A stretch of 64,000 nucleotides of DNA from Callorhinchus milii. Taxonomy: Eukaryota. A program made the translations under genes and the position numbers. Location of the stretch: the NCBI RefSeq assembly GCF_018977255.1, contig NW_024704742.1:88786001-88850000 (forward strand), read 5' to 3'. Positions 1 to 12,309 of this stretch are shown here, in pieces (within the stretch, counting starts at the first letter, position 1; each line of letters begins with the position of its first letter). The notes under the pieces are model-generated. The model saw nothing but the letters and a program-made list of their open reading frames with translations. It did not search any database and was not told the origin of the DNA.

Positions 1-345
1 CCTAAAATAAATGACTGACTTCCGGGTAATCAGATTGCTGCCAAAATCACTTCCTGCATTTCTGCACGTGTGTGTAGTAGGAATTTCCATCAGCAAGGAT
101 TGAAACGCCTGGAAGTTAGACATTTCAGCCCAAGAGATAGCCTCTGATGTTGTTTGTGAGCTAAGTCTCTGCATGCATTAGCAGTGAATGATGTTTGCAA
201 TGCAACTGCATTATAACTCCATCTGTGCTATGAAAATGCATATTACAAGGGGCTGCACTGTATATGCATTTATCTTTCTTGTTTAGTTTTTGTGCTGCTA
301 AGATTTGAGATGCTGGTGGTGGAGAATGGAACATGGTTTTATTGA

Positions 346-500
346 CATGGAGATCTTTAAAGTCCACCTGCAGCAGGAAGGTTTAACATCTCATCAGAAG
401 GATGGAACTCCCCCAGTATTGCACTGAAATATCAGTCTAGACCATGAGCTCAGAACCAATCAACCAATAATCCAGAGGTCAGGGCCCTAGCAACTGAGCC
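346..500 (-). mobile_element. Old Deu-domain SINE, 5' half
   Basis: Reverse strand reads GGCTCAGTTGCTAG (A-box-like)...GATGAGATGTTAAACC...CAGGTGGACTTTAAAGATCTCCATG, matching the recalled DeuSINE layout and the copies at 44117-44320 and 52075-52385. Confidence 0.7.
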
Positions 501-1354
501 AGAGGAACATAAGCCAATACCAAACCTGATAAACATGCAGGTATGCTTTTTTAACAAACGTTCAGTATCAATGAAACATGTCTTTCGACACACATATTAC
601 CAACTTTTTTTTCTGTGCTATAGCAGAGTTAAGGGCTAAAATATGATTCAGAATAGTTAGCATCAAAATTGAACAACAGCAATGTTTAATCTTTAGTGGA
701 TATTGTTGTTTATCAGTCATTGCATAACTTATATATGAACAGTATTAGATCATTGCAAATGGCTCTACATCCCTGCATCAGAACAAATCCTTCAGCTTTG
801 TTTTTATTGCTTGGTATTGAAATCTCTTTAAAGATCTTGATAGGCATATCACTTAAGTCAATAGATGATTAAAACCTACTTTTGTGTAAATACATGTACA
901 CATAAATGCCTCCTAGTTCTTCATACTTTAATGATTTGAAATTATTTTCAATAAAAGAGGAGCCATCTGTCACTGTCAGTGAAAAGCCCAAGAGGAGAAG
1001 TTCAAACAGTGTTATTGGCTTCTCATCACCACGCTGCTACATTCTCCTACAGCACGCTCCAGTTAGATAGTGTATTTAGGATTACAAGAGGTATAGCAGC
1101 TTTCCCTGGAAGATAATCAACTATAGCTGAATAGATATCTGATCCAAGCACTATTCTCATCCATTGCAATGTTCTTTTATTAATGGACAGGAAGGGCAAA
1201 CATTAAATAGAATTCTTGTTTGCGCAGTGAAATACCCACCCCAGTCTTGCTCAGCCTGGAGGACAGTGGGCACCTGGCACTTATAAGGCAGGAAGATCAC
1301 TACCTCTAGATCTGCATGGTGATCTTTTCAAAGTCACTCTCTGAACTCAATATA

Positions 1355-1501
1355 TAATAATCTTGCCTGTGATATAGCGCCTTATCATGCCATCGAGTCT
1401 CTCATAGCACTTCACAGGATATTACTCTAAAGTGTAGTGACTGTTTATTTGTGGACAACAAGGCATCTAATTTTGCACACAGTAAAGATCCATAAACAGC
1501 C
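1355..1501 (-). mobile_element. SINE 3' fragment
   Basis: Diverged homology to the 3' half of the SINE at 2785-3110, ending in the (TTA)n tail. Confidence 0.75.
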
Positions 1502-2434
1502 ATTAAGTTAACTCCTAATTTATCTGAGAAAATGAGACTTTAGTATTAAATCACTGGAAGCTTTTACTGTGAGATTTGTGGAGTTGCATTCATGCAATAG
1601 TTGCCAACACTGCGGTCTAATTTACGATATGTCTTAATGAAAAATCTTGATAAACAATCTTAGTTAGGCAAATTGGGTCTCCTTATGGTGAGTGGAAGTA
1701 TGGCAGAACTGACTGCAGAATGATCTATTTTCTGAGTAAGCATAGATCACATCCCAGTGTTTGCCTGGGAAGATTCATATTGATGAAGCTCAATGTAGTT
1801 CAAATGGAAGAATTAATGACTGTGAATTTACCAAGGGTAACCAACAGTTAATTACTAGGCAATAATTGTCAATCAGGTGAAAATTGTGAACAGTGATATC
1901 TTAATTAACACATCAGTTAAAAATAAAGCCAGTCAATAACCAGAAGACACTGATTCATTGACCAATCTGACAGTTACCCCTCCTCACCCACTCTAACTTT
2001 GTCACAAAATGAATTAACTTTGATCCAGAGTGAAAGTTAAACCATTCCACTCACCGGAAGTACAATGTACAGTATTGGCAGCTTGAGGCCAAGCCATTAT
2101 GTTAGAGTCAGAAGGATATGCTGCAGACCAGTCATATACTGCAAAAATAAACCTTGATAAAATAATGCCTCATGGAAAACTTTGATGACTAATATGATTT
2201 GTAAATTGTCTTAATTTCTTATCCTTTCGCATAATTCTCTCCTCCCCCCTGCACTCCTGAGGGGATTGACGTGTGCTTGGTTATGGTTCCATAGACACTG
2301 GTTACCCTCTAGCCCCTCTCTCACCAAATAGTCATTGTTTATTGTTCATCAGTATTGACTGACAATGTGATCATGAGGCATTGACATGAAAGACCAATAC
2401 TGCCATCGCAACAGCAATGTCACAACTTTAGATC

Positions 2435-2554
2435 AATAAAACCTTGTATTTGTCTATTGTATTTCACATAGTTAAATATCTCAAACTGCATTCGAAAGAT
2501 GAAGTGGGAGCCTGAGCAGGATAGGAGATAGGGTGCAGAAGGGAGGTGATGATG

Positions 2555-2592
<38 letters not shown>

Positions 2593-2735
2593 CCTTGCAT
2601 TTGGTATAGCGCCCTTCACGTCAGGAGGACGTCCCAATGCACTTCTCAGGAGATGCCTGTAGGCATGATTGAAGAAGGCTAGAAGGGTTTTGAAAGGTAA
2701 AAGGATTTACAGAGGGAGTTCCAGAGAGCAGAACA
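2435..2735 (-). mobile_element. Degraded L2 3' end containing a SINE tail (2554-2646) with an (AAT)n microsatellite
   Basis: GAGGGAGTTCCAGAG (WNSL motif in reverse) at ~2712; the tail CCTTGCATTTGGTATAGCGCC follows (AAT)n. Confidence 0.55.
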
Positions 2736-2784
2736 GATGTGTGAACTCTGGTTGATTTTGACTGTGTCTAGTCCAAGAGCTTTA

Positions 2785-3110
2785 TGGAGTCCTGTAGCTC
2801 AGTGGTTAGAGCACTCGCTTTGCAAGTGAGAGACCCGAGTTCAATTCCAGGCAGGGCGAAACCTTGGGCAAGTTTCCTTACTCCACACGCCTAATAATAA
2901 TCCCTCCAAAAAAAAAAACAATAATTAAATTGGTCATTTTCAATCTACGACTGTTTGTGGGACATTGCTGTGCGCAATTGGCTGCCGCGTTCGCCCACAA
3001 ATATACAGTCAATTCACTTTACAGTGTGTTCTGTGAAGCGCTTTGGGACGTCCTCCCGACGTGAAAAGCGCTATATCAAATGCAAGGATTATTATTATTA
3101 TTATTATTAT
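2785..3110 (+). mobile_element. Young full-length tRNA-derived SINE, short variant (SINE2-1_CM-like)
   Basis: A-box TAGCTCAGTGG, TTTGCAA anticodon-loop-like segment, B-box GAGTTCAATTCC, Deu-like 3' body, hairpin tail, (ATT)n; TTTATGG repeated at both ends. Confidence 0.95.
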
Positions 3111-3469
3111 TTATGGCCATCTTCTACTATTGTGATTAATCAAATCAGCACCTTCCGGGGATTGAACCATGGATCTGTAGTCTGAATAGTTTAGTCCTGC
3201 GTTTGCATAGCTTTTGTGTTATAATTTTAGATACTTTGCTGAATCAATAATTAAATTAGTTGAAGTGCAAATATTCCAAATGGACCATTTTCTATGGGGT
3301 CTCAGTCCATGAAATAATTATGCCTGAATGTCTAAGACTACACAACATTCAATTAGGGGCCTGTATATTTAACTGCTATCCATCTGTGTGAACAGCTAAA
3401 GTATTACTTTGAGAAAACATGGTCGTAGCTTTTTAGATGCTTGTTCCTAGAAAGTGCTGCTCATTGTGA

Positions 3470-3720
3470 ACTTGCATTTGTATAATACGATATGATGTCA
3501 AGACATTTCAAAGCATTTCACGGGCAATTGATTGTTTTTGGAGGCACAAGCAGCAGCCATGAGGCGAATAATCAATTAATCTTGTGGATTGGTGAACGGG
3601 ACTAACTCTGTTCTCTTTTCATTGGTGCCAATGGGATCTTTAACATTCAGCTGAAGAACTGGCAGCCAGCACATTGGGCTCAGTACTTTATGACCCAGAG
3701 GCTGTGCTACAAACTAAGCC
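3470..3720 (-). mobile_element. Degraded Deu-domain SINE
   Basis: Tail CTTGCATTTGTATA, ATGGGATCTTTAAC and head remnant GTGCTACAAACTAAGCC. Confidence 0.55.
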
Positions 3721-3865
3721 TTCTAGTGTTGCGGCACATGTCAATCATTCATACGCAAAATCATAGAAGCATAGAATCATAGAATTGTACAAAAATGTTG
3801 GGTTAAAGTGCAGTTTCTTCAACAAGACATCAGTGTATTTGCTGACACTTTGTGATAGATTTGTA

Positions 3866-4079
3866 ACAATAATAATAATCCTTACATTTGATTTAGCACC
3901 TAATTACATCAACAAGACGTCTCAAAGTGCTTCACAGGATATACTGTAAAGTGGATTGACTGTGTATTTTGTGGGCAAAATGCGGCAGCTGGTCACACAC
4001 AGCAATACCTCAAAACCAGACATGAAGTGAGTGATCAATTTTATTTGGGGGATTGTTGGCCAGTACACCATGGAAAAAC
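3866..4079 (-). mobile_element. SINE 3' half (Deu-type)
   Basis: (AAT)n-CCTTACATTTG tail through GGGGATTGTTGGCCAG. Confidence 0.8.
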
Positions 4080-5430
4080 AAATAAGGGACGTAACAATTT
4101 TAAAGGGTGTTCAGGAGCAGAGAGACCTGGGGGTTCACATACAACAACAAATTATATTTTTATAGCACCTTACACATGGGGAGGATGTCCCAAGGAGCTG
4201 GACACTTAGAGAATTAGAGGTTGGGAAAGGTGGATAGTAGGGACGGTAGGGGTAGGAGGGTGACCTAAAGTGCGGTCAAACAGATGGGTCTTGAGAAATG
4301 TCTTGAAGGAGGCTAGGGTGGGGGCGAGGTGAAGGGACTGTGGGATGGAGTTCCAGAGGGTGGGTGCACAGCCTGAAGATCCAACCACCGATGGGGCGGG
4401 CCAGGTGGGAGACATGTCACAGGCTGCAGCCTGCTGAGCAGAGTGAGCGGACAGGTCGATATACGGTTAGCAGGTCACAGAGGTAGGAAGGAGGAATGCC
4501 ATGGAGGGCCTTGAAGGCAATGACGAGGAATTTGAACTCTATTCTCTGGGGGATGGGGAGCCAATGGAGCAGGGTGAGGGTGGGGGTGATGGAGTCATGG
4601 AGCCTGGTGTGGAAGAGGACATGAGCTGCAAAGTTCTGGATGATCTGCAGCTTGTGGAGAGAAGAGTTGGGAAGGCTGACAAGCAGGGAGTTGGCATAGC
4701 CAAACTAAGATGCAATAATTATCCACGCATTTATTACATCTAAGTTCGACATACACAGGTCTTTGAAGGAGACAGGATGGGTTGATAGAGCTGTTAAAGA
4801 AGCATATGGGTTCCTTGGCTTCATAAATAGAGGCATAGAATACAAAAGTGAGGAAGTTCTGCTAACCTTTATAACTGACTGGTTAGGCTGGAGTATTATG
4901 TCCAATTCTGGGCACCACACTTTAGGAAGGATATCAAGGCCTTGGAAAAGGTGCGGGGTCATTTACCAAAATGGTGCCAGGGATGAGGGACTTCAGTTAT
5001 GTGGAGAGACTAGATAAGCTGGAATTGTTCTCTTTAGAGCATAAATGATTAAGGGGAGGTTTAATAGAGGTGTTCAAATTATGATTGATTTTAATAGAGT
5101 AGATAAGAAAAAACCGTTTCCATTGGCAGGTGGATCAGTAACCAGGAACATAGATTTAAGATAATTGGCAAAAGAGGGGAGATGAAGAGAATTTTTTTTA
5201 CTCAGAGAATTGTTATGTCTAGAATGCACTGCCTGAAATGATCATGGAAACAGGTTCCATAACAACCTTTCAAAAGGGAATTAGATAGGTACTTGAAAAG
5301 GAAAAGTTTTCAAGGATATGGGGAAAGAGCGGGGGAGTGAGACTGATTGTGTAGCTCTTCCAAAGAGCTGGCACAGGCACAATTGGCTGAATGGTCTCCT
5401 TCTGTGCTGAAATATTCTATAATTCTATGA
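4080..5430 (+). mobile_element. CR1 LINE 3' portion, interrupted by an L2
   Basis: ERDLGVH and KEAYGFLGFINRGIEYKS ORF2 motifs; ends ATTCTATAATTCTATGA. Confidence 0.9.
4144..4712 (-). mobile_element. L2 LINE 3' fragment nested in CR1
   Basis: APTLWNSIP...FKTFLKTHLFDR; (TTG)n tail; ACATACA at 4137-4143 and 4749-4755. Confidence 0.9.
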
Positions 5431-7329
5431 ACTATAAGGTGCTATATCAAATGCAAGGATTATTAACATAAGGAACGGGTTGAGCATTGAATCTAACTGG
5501 TATAAATTGCACCACTTTGAGTCTTCTTAACTGATACTCAATGGACCTAATTTGATTCAGTACAAGTCTGGAATTTGGTTGAGTGCTCATCATTATTAAC
5601 TTAGTGACATGGAGCAAGTTTCAAAAGATTTAACAACATGGATCTGATTATAGCTCTTTCCGATAAACAATCCGCTTTTTGGACCTTCAGATTAGCTGAT
5701 ATCTTATTCCAAATATTCAGGTTAAATTCTGTCCTGTTTCCAATTGAATGAGAGCAGTAGTTCACCAATATTAATTCAGTTGATTCAGTTCACTACTGTT
5801 TTACAGTTCCCTTCTGAAAGCTACATAGGACCTAACTATTCAGAAACATCGAACAGACAGCCTATTATGTGGTCTACTGACAAATAAAATCCTCTCTTAT
5901 CAAAATGTTCATTACTTTACATCGTAATGTTATGTAGGAATGGAAAAATGTCTTCAACATATGTCATTTCAGATTTTTAACCTCAGGTTGAATGAATGAA
6001 ATATTAACCTATTTAATCAGACATTAAAAACCTAACAAGCCCGCAGTTTAAGCCACTGCGCATTTTGTTAAAATTATCATCTTTGGTTGCAAATTCTGAA
6101 ACAAAATTGTTACATTTCAGAAAAATTGCTGCATAAAACATATAATTAGGGTATAATGTTAAGTCCTATTAGGCATTTAAAGTGTATAACATGTCATTAC
6201 AATAAGCTGCGCTCTTGCAAAGGATAGCTATAATTCCCAAGCTTTATATACCTTCGCATCAGTGTTCAGTTTCACACTCTTCTCTGACAAGCCATGCTTT
6301 GATGAATGGAAAGATCTGTCTGAGGAAAGGATTGAAAACTCCACTTTGTTTTGTCCCAATCTCTCATTCAACTGCAAGATATATTTGAAGTTGCGGAAAG
6401 ACAATTCATTCCTTTCTGACTGAAATTTAATAAAAGAGGAGCCTTTGAAAGTGAAGGGAATATCAGTAATTGATTGTCTGTGCCTCTGCTCTGAAGAAGC
6501 TTTTTATCATGTTACTTGTAATGAGGAAAGACTTCAGCAATCTATTTTTTAAAAAAGGATGAAAATGGACCAAATTACATTATACTAATACAATAAAAAA
6601 TTGTAAATCAGTTTTGAAATATTTCAACTATGAATCAAATCACAATTACTTTTTTTTTACAACCTGAAAGAGGGAGTAAGAAAAAGACAAAACTCAAAGC
6701 TTTTTGAGAAGGCAGCACAACTTTTGAAGAGGAAAGGATATGTTTTTTATGAATTTATTAAACTTAAAATGTGGTTTTGCAATAGGTTACTTTACATTGC
6801 AAGGTATACCGTCTTGTGCTCAGTGAATTCCTTAAACGGAAGCTTTTTTCTTTGCCAATCTGAAATTCAACTCAGTGAATGGTATTGTAAAATTTCAAAC
6901 AGTCATGTTTTAGTGGGGAATCTCTGTTTATTGTAGTTGAAGAGATCTTGGCATTGAATTTTTGGATATTTAACACGAACAACAATTTACATTTACATAG
7001 CGCCTTTCGTTTCAGGAGGACATCTCAAAAGCACTTCAAATGTTGTTATAAACACAACACTGTGCAAGTTCTTGCTAATAAATATATCAGTGAATGTCAC
7101 TACACNTTTTTTTAATAGTGAATGAAGTACAATTGCAGTCTAGAAGCTGTTGTTACCATCCACTTTCAACAGACTCTTCCATGTATAAATTTATTTGGTC
7201 CTGTTCTGAATCATTTTGTACAAGCTGCAGTTACAGGTGAAACAGGATGGCATGACTCATATGTCAAGAGCATAAAATCTTACTGCTATGTGCAGCCATG
7301 TTAATTTTACGTGGTATCACAAGATTGGT

Positions 7330-7762
7330 TAGGATGAAGAATGCTCTTTGGGCCATTTGATCTCATTCACCCTACAGTCCTCGAACATTGCATCAAGCTG
7401 TTTCTTAAATGAGTGCAGTGGCCTCAACCACCTTACCAACAACAACTTGCATTTATATAGCTCCCCTCACGCAGGGTAGCATCCCAGAGCACCTAAACTA
7501 GCAAACTATTCCAGTTGTTAATTACCCTCTAAGTAAAGAATAGCTTCCTAGTGCCTATCCTGCAATTGCCCTTTGCAACTCTAAACGTTTGGCCTCTTAT
7601 TCTATTGGTTTGGTGCATCGGAAAGTATTGTTTTGATTTTTACTTTTTCAATCCCATTTAAAATGTTATCCACTTATCCACCTCTATAAAGCTCCTCTGA
7701 GTCATCTTTTCTCAAGGCTGAAGAGCCCTCGCTTGTCTAATTGTTACATAGTTCATTCCTCT
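7330..7762 (-). mobile_element. Old CR1 3' end with a short L2 tail inserted (~7438-7497)
   Basis: Homologous to 35455-35630; TTCCAGTTGTTAATTACCCTCT (RVINNWN in reverse). Confidence 0.65.
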
Positions 7763-8681
7763 ACAACAACAACAACAGGATTGCATTTACAGAGTGCCTT
7801 TCACGTCGGGAGGACGTCCCAAGGCGTTGGACAGTTGGGTCGGGACCCGAGCAGAGGAGAAATGGTCACGGTGAGGGGAGGGAAGGGAGGTAGCGAGAAG
7901 GGGGTAGAGAGTCGAGAGGGGAGCTGAAGGCACGGTCAAAGAGAAAGGTCTTGAGACCGGCCTTGAAGGAGGAAAGGGAGGAGGCGGCGAAGGCACTGAG
8001 GGATGGAGTTCCAGAGCCTAGGGGCTGAGAGGCTGAAAGTCCAGTCACCGATGGTAGGACGGTTGGAGCGGGGGATGTGGAGCAGACCGGAGCCAGAGGA
8101 ACGGAGGGTATGGGCAGGTAAGTAGGGGGATAGTAGGTCGGAGAGGTAGGAGGGAGCAAGGCCGTGAATGGCCTTGTAGGTGAGGATGAGGATCTTGAAT
8201 TCGATCCTCTGGGGATGGGGAGCCAGTGGAGGCGAGCGAGGGTGGGAGTGATGTGGTCCTGGTGCGGGACAGTACACGAGCTGCAGAGTTCTGAATGACC
8301 TGCAGCTTGTGGAGGAAGGTGCCGGGAAGGCCGGCGAGGAGAGAGTTCCCATAGTCCAGCCTTGAGGTGATAAAGGCGTGGACCAGAGTTTCAGCAGCGT
8401 GAGGGGTGAGGTAGTGCCGTAGTCTGGCGATGTTCCGGAGGTGGTGGAAGGCAGTGCCAGGTGTGGCGCGGATGTGGGGAAGAAAGGACAGCTCAGGGTC
8501 GAACAGAACACCGAGGTTCCTGACCGGCTTTGAGAGGTGGAGAGTGCAGCCTTGGATGCTGATGTTGTCAGCGCCTGAGGTGCGGAGGCGCTGACGTGAG
8601 CCAATCAGGAGGGCCTCAGTTTTGCGCACATTGAGCTGAAGAAAGTTATCTCTCGTCCAGGACTCGATATCAGACAGGCAG
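7763..8681 (-). mobile_element. Young L2 LINE, 5'-truncated ORF2 C-terminus plus 3' UTR
   Basis: KTEALLIG...VRNLGVLFDPELSF...SRLDYGNSLL...RIEFKILILTYKA...APRLWNSIP; frameshifted; CpG retained; (TTG)n tail. Confidence 0.95.
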
Positions 8682-9997
8682 GTAACACTCTAACACTGGT
8701 GTTAAGCTTAGCGTAGTTTTGCATGTGCCAGAACACTGTCTGAGAACAGTGTGATGACCTCATGGGTAGTTTAGCTATTCCTTCTGCAGGTTGGAGATTA
8801 GGGTGAAAGTGTCCTGTTGTTATTAGGAGGAGTGACTTGATAATGTTGCTAACAAGGCTAATAAGCCTCTAAGTGCACATTAATATTATGGCACTTGGCA
8901 GCATGAGGAATATTTATTGCCCTACCCTTGAAGAAGTGCCCTAACTCTCAAATACATGAGTTCTAATTCTAATCCCAGATTTTTAATCCAGCATGAGAAC
9001 AACGGAGCAAAAAGTCCATTTGGAAAGAAGCTTGCAAAAGTCTTTTCCTAACAAACTCTTGTGTAAGTGAATGGGTTCCCCTTCCCAAGAAAGAGTTTGG
9101 GTCCGGATACAAAAAGAGTGAAATTCAGAACCGTATTTCTGTGCTGTCGAAATATTTCAAACAGATAAATGTAGCAATGACACAATAGTAATTGCATATC
9201 CCATTATTCATATTACATTGGGCACTTGGCTAAGAATGCAAAAGTCAAGCAATGTGTCACATTGTCAATTTCAGCAAAATATAGCACCACCTTAGAGAAA
9301 TGATTAGCCGATATGGACTATTAATAGATTTAGAGTCATGGTTTAGATAGCTTCTAGCTACTTTGGTCCCTTATTTATTTGTAATGGAAGGCCAGTAGTT
9401 CACGTGTACTCATGCTTCTGCAGAGAGTGGATAGTAAGCCGGGTCCCCATGGGATTGAGGTGGCTCTGGAGTGACATAACCAGAGAGACATTAGATGAAA
9501 TTATTAGATAATATGATACCACTGAGTTGACTGAACTCTCTGAGGTGATCGCAATGATTCAATACCCAAGTTAGGAAGGTATCTGGCTTACAATGGAACA
9601 GTAAAATGTCACTGGGGGTCAGGATTCATCTAACTCAGTTCCTGATAACTGTTAAAGCCTAACAGATGGAGCTGGGTGGAATGGGTGCAGATTCTCGCAT
9701 GGACCAGTCAAATATTGGTCAGTCAATGACCGGCAGCATTTTTCAGTAAAATATTAATGAGTGTTAGTTAACTCATCACAGCTACTCATTTTCAACCTTG
9801 CTCCCACCCCACTCCAAAATACTCATTTTGTTTTTCTCTGTTAGCGGTTCATTCTGGGGTGCAGTTCGAGAGACACAGGTATAGATACTGGGCCAAAATC
9901 ACTATTCTTCAGACAACACCTGAATGTGAGAATTCTGAGGGTGAATACTTACCTTAGGGTAAGGTAACTATTTCAACACTTCACTTGTTGTTCCTAG

Positions 9998-10265
9998 ACC
10001 AATGTTGACTGGAACTGTTTGTTTCCCCCATCCTGTGCAAAGTGCTCATGAAATAAACAATGGCACCATCCCCAACAATCAAGGGCAGATGATCCCTTTT
10101 TGGGTAAAGATGAAGGACAACAGCAGGCAGGTTCAGCAGGTGGTGGGGTGTGCATCGCAGCATTCTTGGCAGAGGTATGCAGACACAACTGTTTCCAAAA
10201 TTCTTAATACCAACCTGCAGCAAGAAGCTCGCCAAGAATATCAACTGACTCAAATGAACCCTTGA
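9998..10265 (+). CDS. Candidate terminal coding exon of an unidentified gene (...PMLTGTVCF...EARQEYQLTQMNP*)
   Basis: Acceptor cacttgttgttcctAG at 9996-9997; 88 open codons unrelated to local repeats; AT-rich unique sequence downstream with AATAAA at 10815-10820; no homology recognised. Confidence 0.35.
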
Positions 10266-11132
10266 CTCTGGGATTCCACATGCAACTGGCTTCACACTTT
10301 CAGTGACTTTGAAAACTCTTGGACATATTGCAACTACTCCAATAATACCCTTCAGTTGTTTTCAAGGACAACGACACACCCTCTTTGAAAGAGTTGCTAT
10401 TGGTAATGAATGCATAATACCAGATCAATACCATCATCGGTGAGTGACTGAGGGTGACCCTGAGTTTAAACATACCATTAACATCATGGTTTAAATGTTT
10501 ACAATCATTTTAGGGCCCTATATATAAGTATTTAAATGACATTTGTATGCTGGCTGTGATTTGTTACTGATGTATGCAATGTGGAGTCCAATGTTATTAA
10601 TGACATTGCTACTTTAACATTTACTTTTATGTAGGGAATGGTAACATGCTTTTATCTTAGAGCAAGAATCTTATTTTGAAGTGGAAGATAAAGAGTTTGT
10701 GAAATATACCTTAGGCATGCTAGTTCTACATTTGTAATTGTGATTTTTTTCCCTTTGTCTTTCCCAAAATATTTCTGGTGCAATGTAAGGTTTGTGTTCT
10801 GTTTCCCAATATCTAATAAAATCATTTTGACCTCGTAAACTGTGTCAACATTTTAGAGAAGGGTTTCTGCTGGTACTCTGACCAACAAATGCCCAAATAA
10901 AATTGGTAATTCACGACATGGCTGTTTGTGGAACATTGCTATGTGCAAATTGTCTATCTCATTCTTCCACTAAGTACACAGTCACTGACATTACATTATA
11001 CCTTGTGATTGGTACAAAACAAAACAAATGGAATGAAATGTGTTGGCTCCCAAATCATGACACAAAATGTGAACCTCAATGTGTTAACACTGTAGCATTT
11101 AGCTGAGAAATTGCAAAATAAAAGGTGTAAAG

Positions 11133-11345
11133 TAATTTGTTTGGGGTCAGCTGAATGCCTGACACATGAAGAAACTCATCACCATGTTTAAGAGTATTCA
11201 ACCCAGATAGAGAGTTGCGTATATGCATGCCAACTACACATAGACATATCGCTTTGTCAGGAATGGAATGTAGACCCTCTCCCTGGATGGATGCACTCTG
11301 CTTACTTAATTGGGGCCCAAGAGTGTGCGTTGTGGTAGTGCTGGA
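11133..11345 (-). repeat. Unclassified interspersed repeat, copy 1
   Basis: Reverse complement of 12310-12570 (core ATACTCTTAAACATGGTGATGAGTTTC). Confidence 0.8.
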
Positions 11346-11649
11346 ATTTAACAACAACAACAAATTCAATTTGTATAGCGCCTTTCAAGTCAGGAGGAAC
11401 TAAAAAAAATAGTATATTTATATAAATATAAAAAAATTATATTTCGTGTATAACTCAAGATAACTATCATTGCAATTGGGACAATAGGCTGTCCATAATA
11501 ATAATAATGATAATAATAATCCTTGCATTTGATACAGCACCTTATCACATCATTGAAGATGCCTCAAAGTACTTCACAGGATATATTGTAAAGTGAATTA
11601 TGGATGAAACGTCCATGCAAAAATGAGGAACTAAACTCTTCTTTAAGGC

Positions 11650-12115
11650 ACCACTCTGTGCAGCAATGGACCTACAGGTTCCAGGTTTGAACTCTCTTTT
11701 TTTCTTGAGTTATCTGTTTTCAGCCGGTGAAAGAATTGGGAACCTTAAATTGGCTTCAGCTTTTCTAGTTTAGAGAAAAGAAAATCATCCAAGTTTTCCA
11801 TTTCTGATTATCCTGCTTTTCCAGATATCTGCAGGAAACTATCCTTCCTTGTGGAGGTTGCTTAGGACATAATTTTAGGTACAATTTCTGCCAATTTTTT
11901 TTTCTCCAATTGCTTCAACTGTCCTCTCATCTTCTGTTGAATTTTACCATAGTTGAATAGCTTGCCAACACTCAATGTCAAGATTTATGCATGAATGATG
12001 GCCATTAAGGTGTTACCATAGGAAGCCTGGCACCTGTAGAACCTTATCTCAGATGAAGAAACAAGCAGACAAATGCCTTCAACAGAAATTGAGAGAAGGG
12101 GCAACAGAATGTTGG
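11650..12115 (+). mobile_element. AmnSINE2-like ancient SINE
   Basis: CCAGGTTTGAACTC B-box remnant, GAGTTATCTGTTTTCAGCCGG, AATTGGCTTCAGC, GTTGAATAGCTTGCCAACACTCA; homologous to 23645-23905. Confidence 0.6.
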
Positions 12116-12309
12116 AACTGAATCCACCCTCTGTGGTGGTCTCTGTAGTCCAGTTCCCAGCCAATCTGGCTCATTGGTAGGAGTTGAAGGGGCAGGTGAG
12201 TCACTTTTCCCACTCAGCTACCATTAACCCTACAAGCCAGAGCCTTAATGGGTAGGATGGTTGTAGCTGGACAAGCAGTGGGAAAACTTGCCAGACAATA
12301 CTTTCAGCG

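Larger units (their letters stand above)
2232..3211 (-). mobile_element. AmnSINE2-like ancient SINE, split by later insertions
   Basis: Pieces ~2232-2405, ~2740-2785 and ~3111-3211 are collinear with the copies at 11650-12115 and 23645-23905; family name from recall. Confidence 0.55.

Noticed and set aside
2785..2860. tRNA-Ala-like gene
   Set aside because: No proper acceptor stem; runs directly into the SINE body; multi-copy SINE head
2955..3185. Recurring ORF MWDIAVRNWL (also at 17142 and 53808) as a protein family
   Set aside because: Translation of the non-coding SINE consensus
5807..5887. Possible exon after ttttacAG (FPSESYIGPNYSETSNRQPIMWSTDK*)
   Set aside because: No good donor site and no homology recognised
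7106..7106. Isolated N bases (also 25847 and ~61157)
   Set aside because: All sit at homopolymer edges; sequencing or assembly ambiguity
9945..9954. U1 snRNA 5' end ATACTTACCT
   Set aside because: Similarity stops after 10 nt
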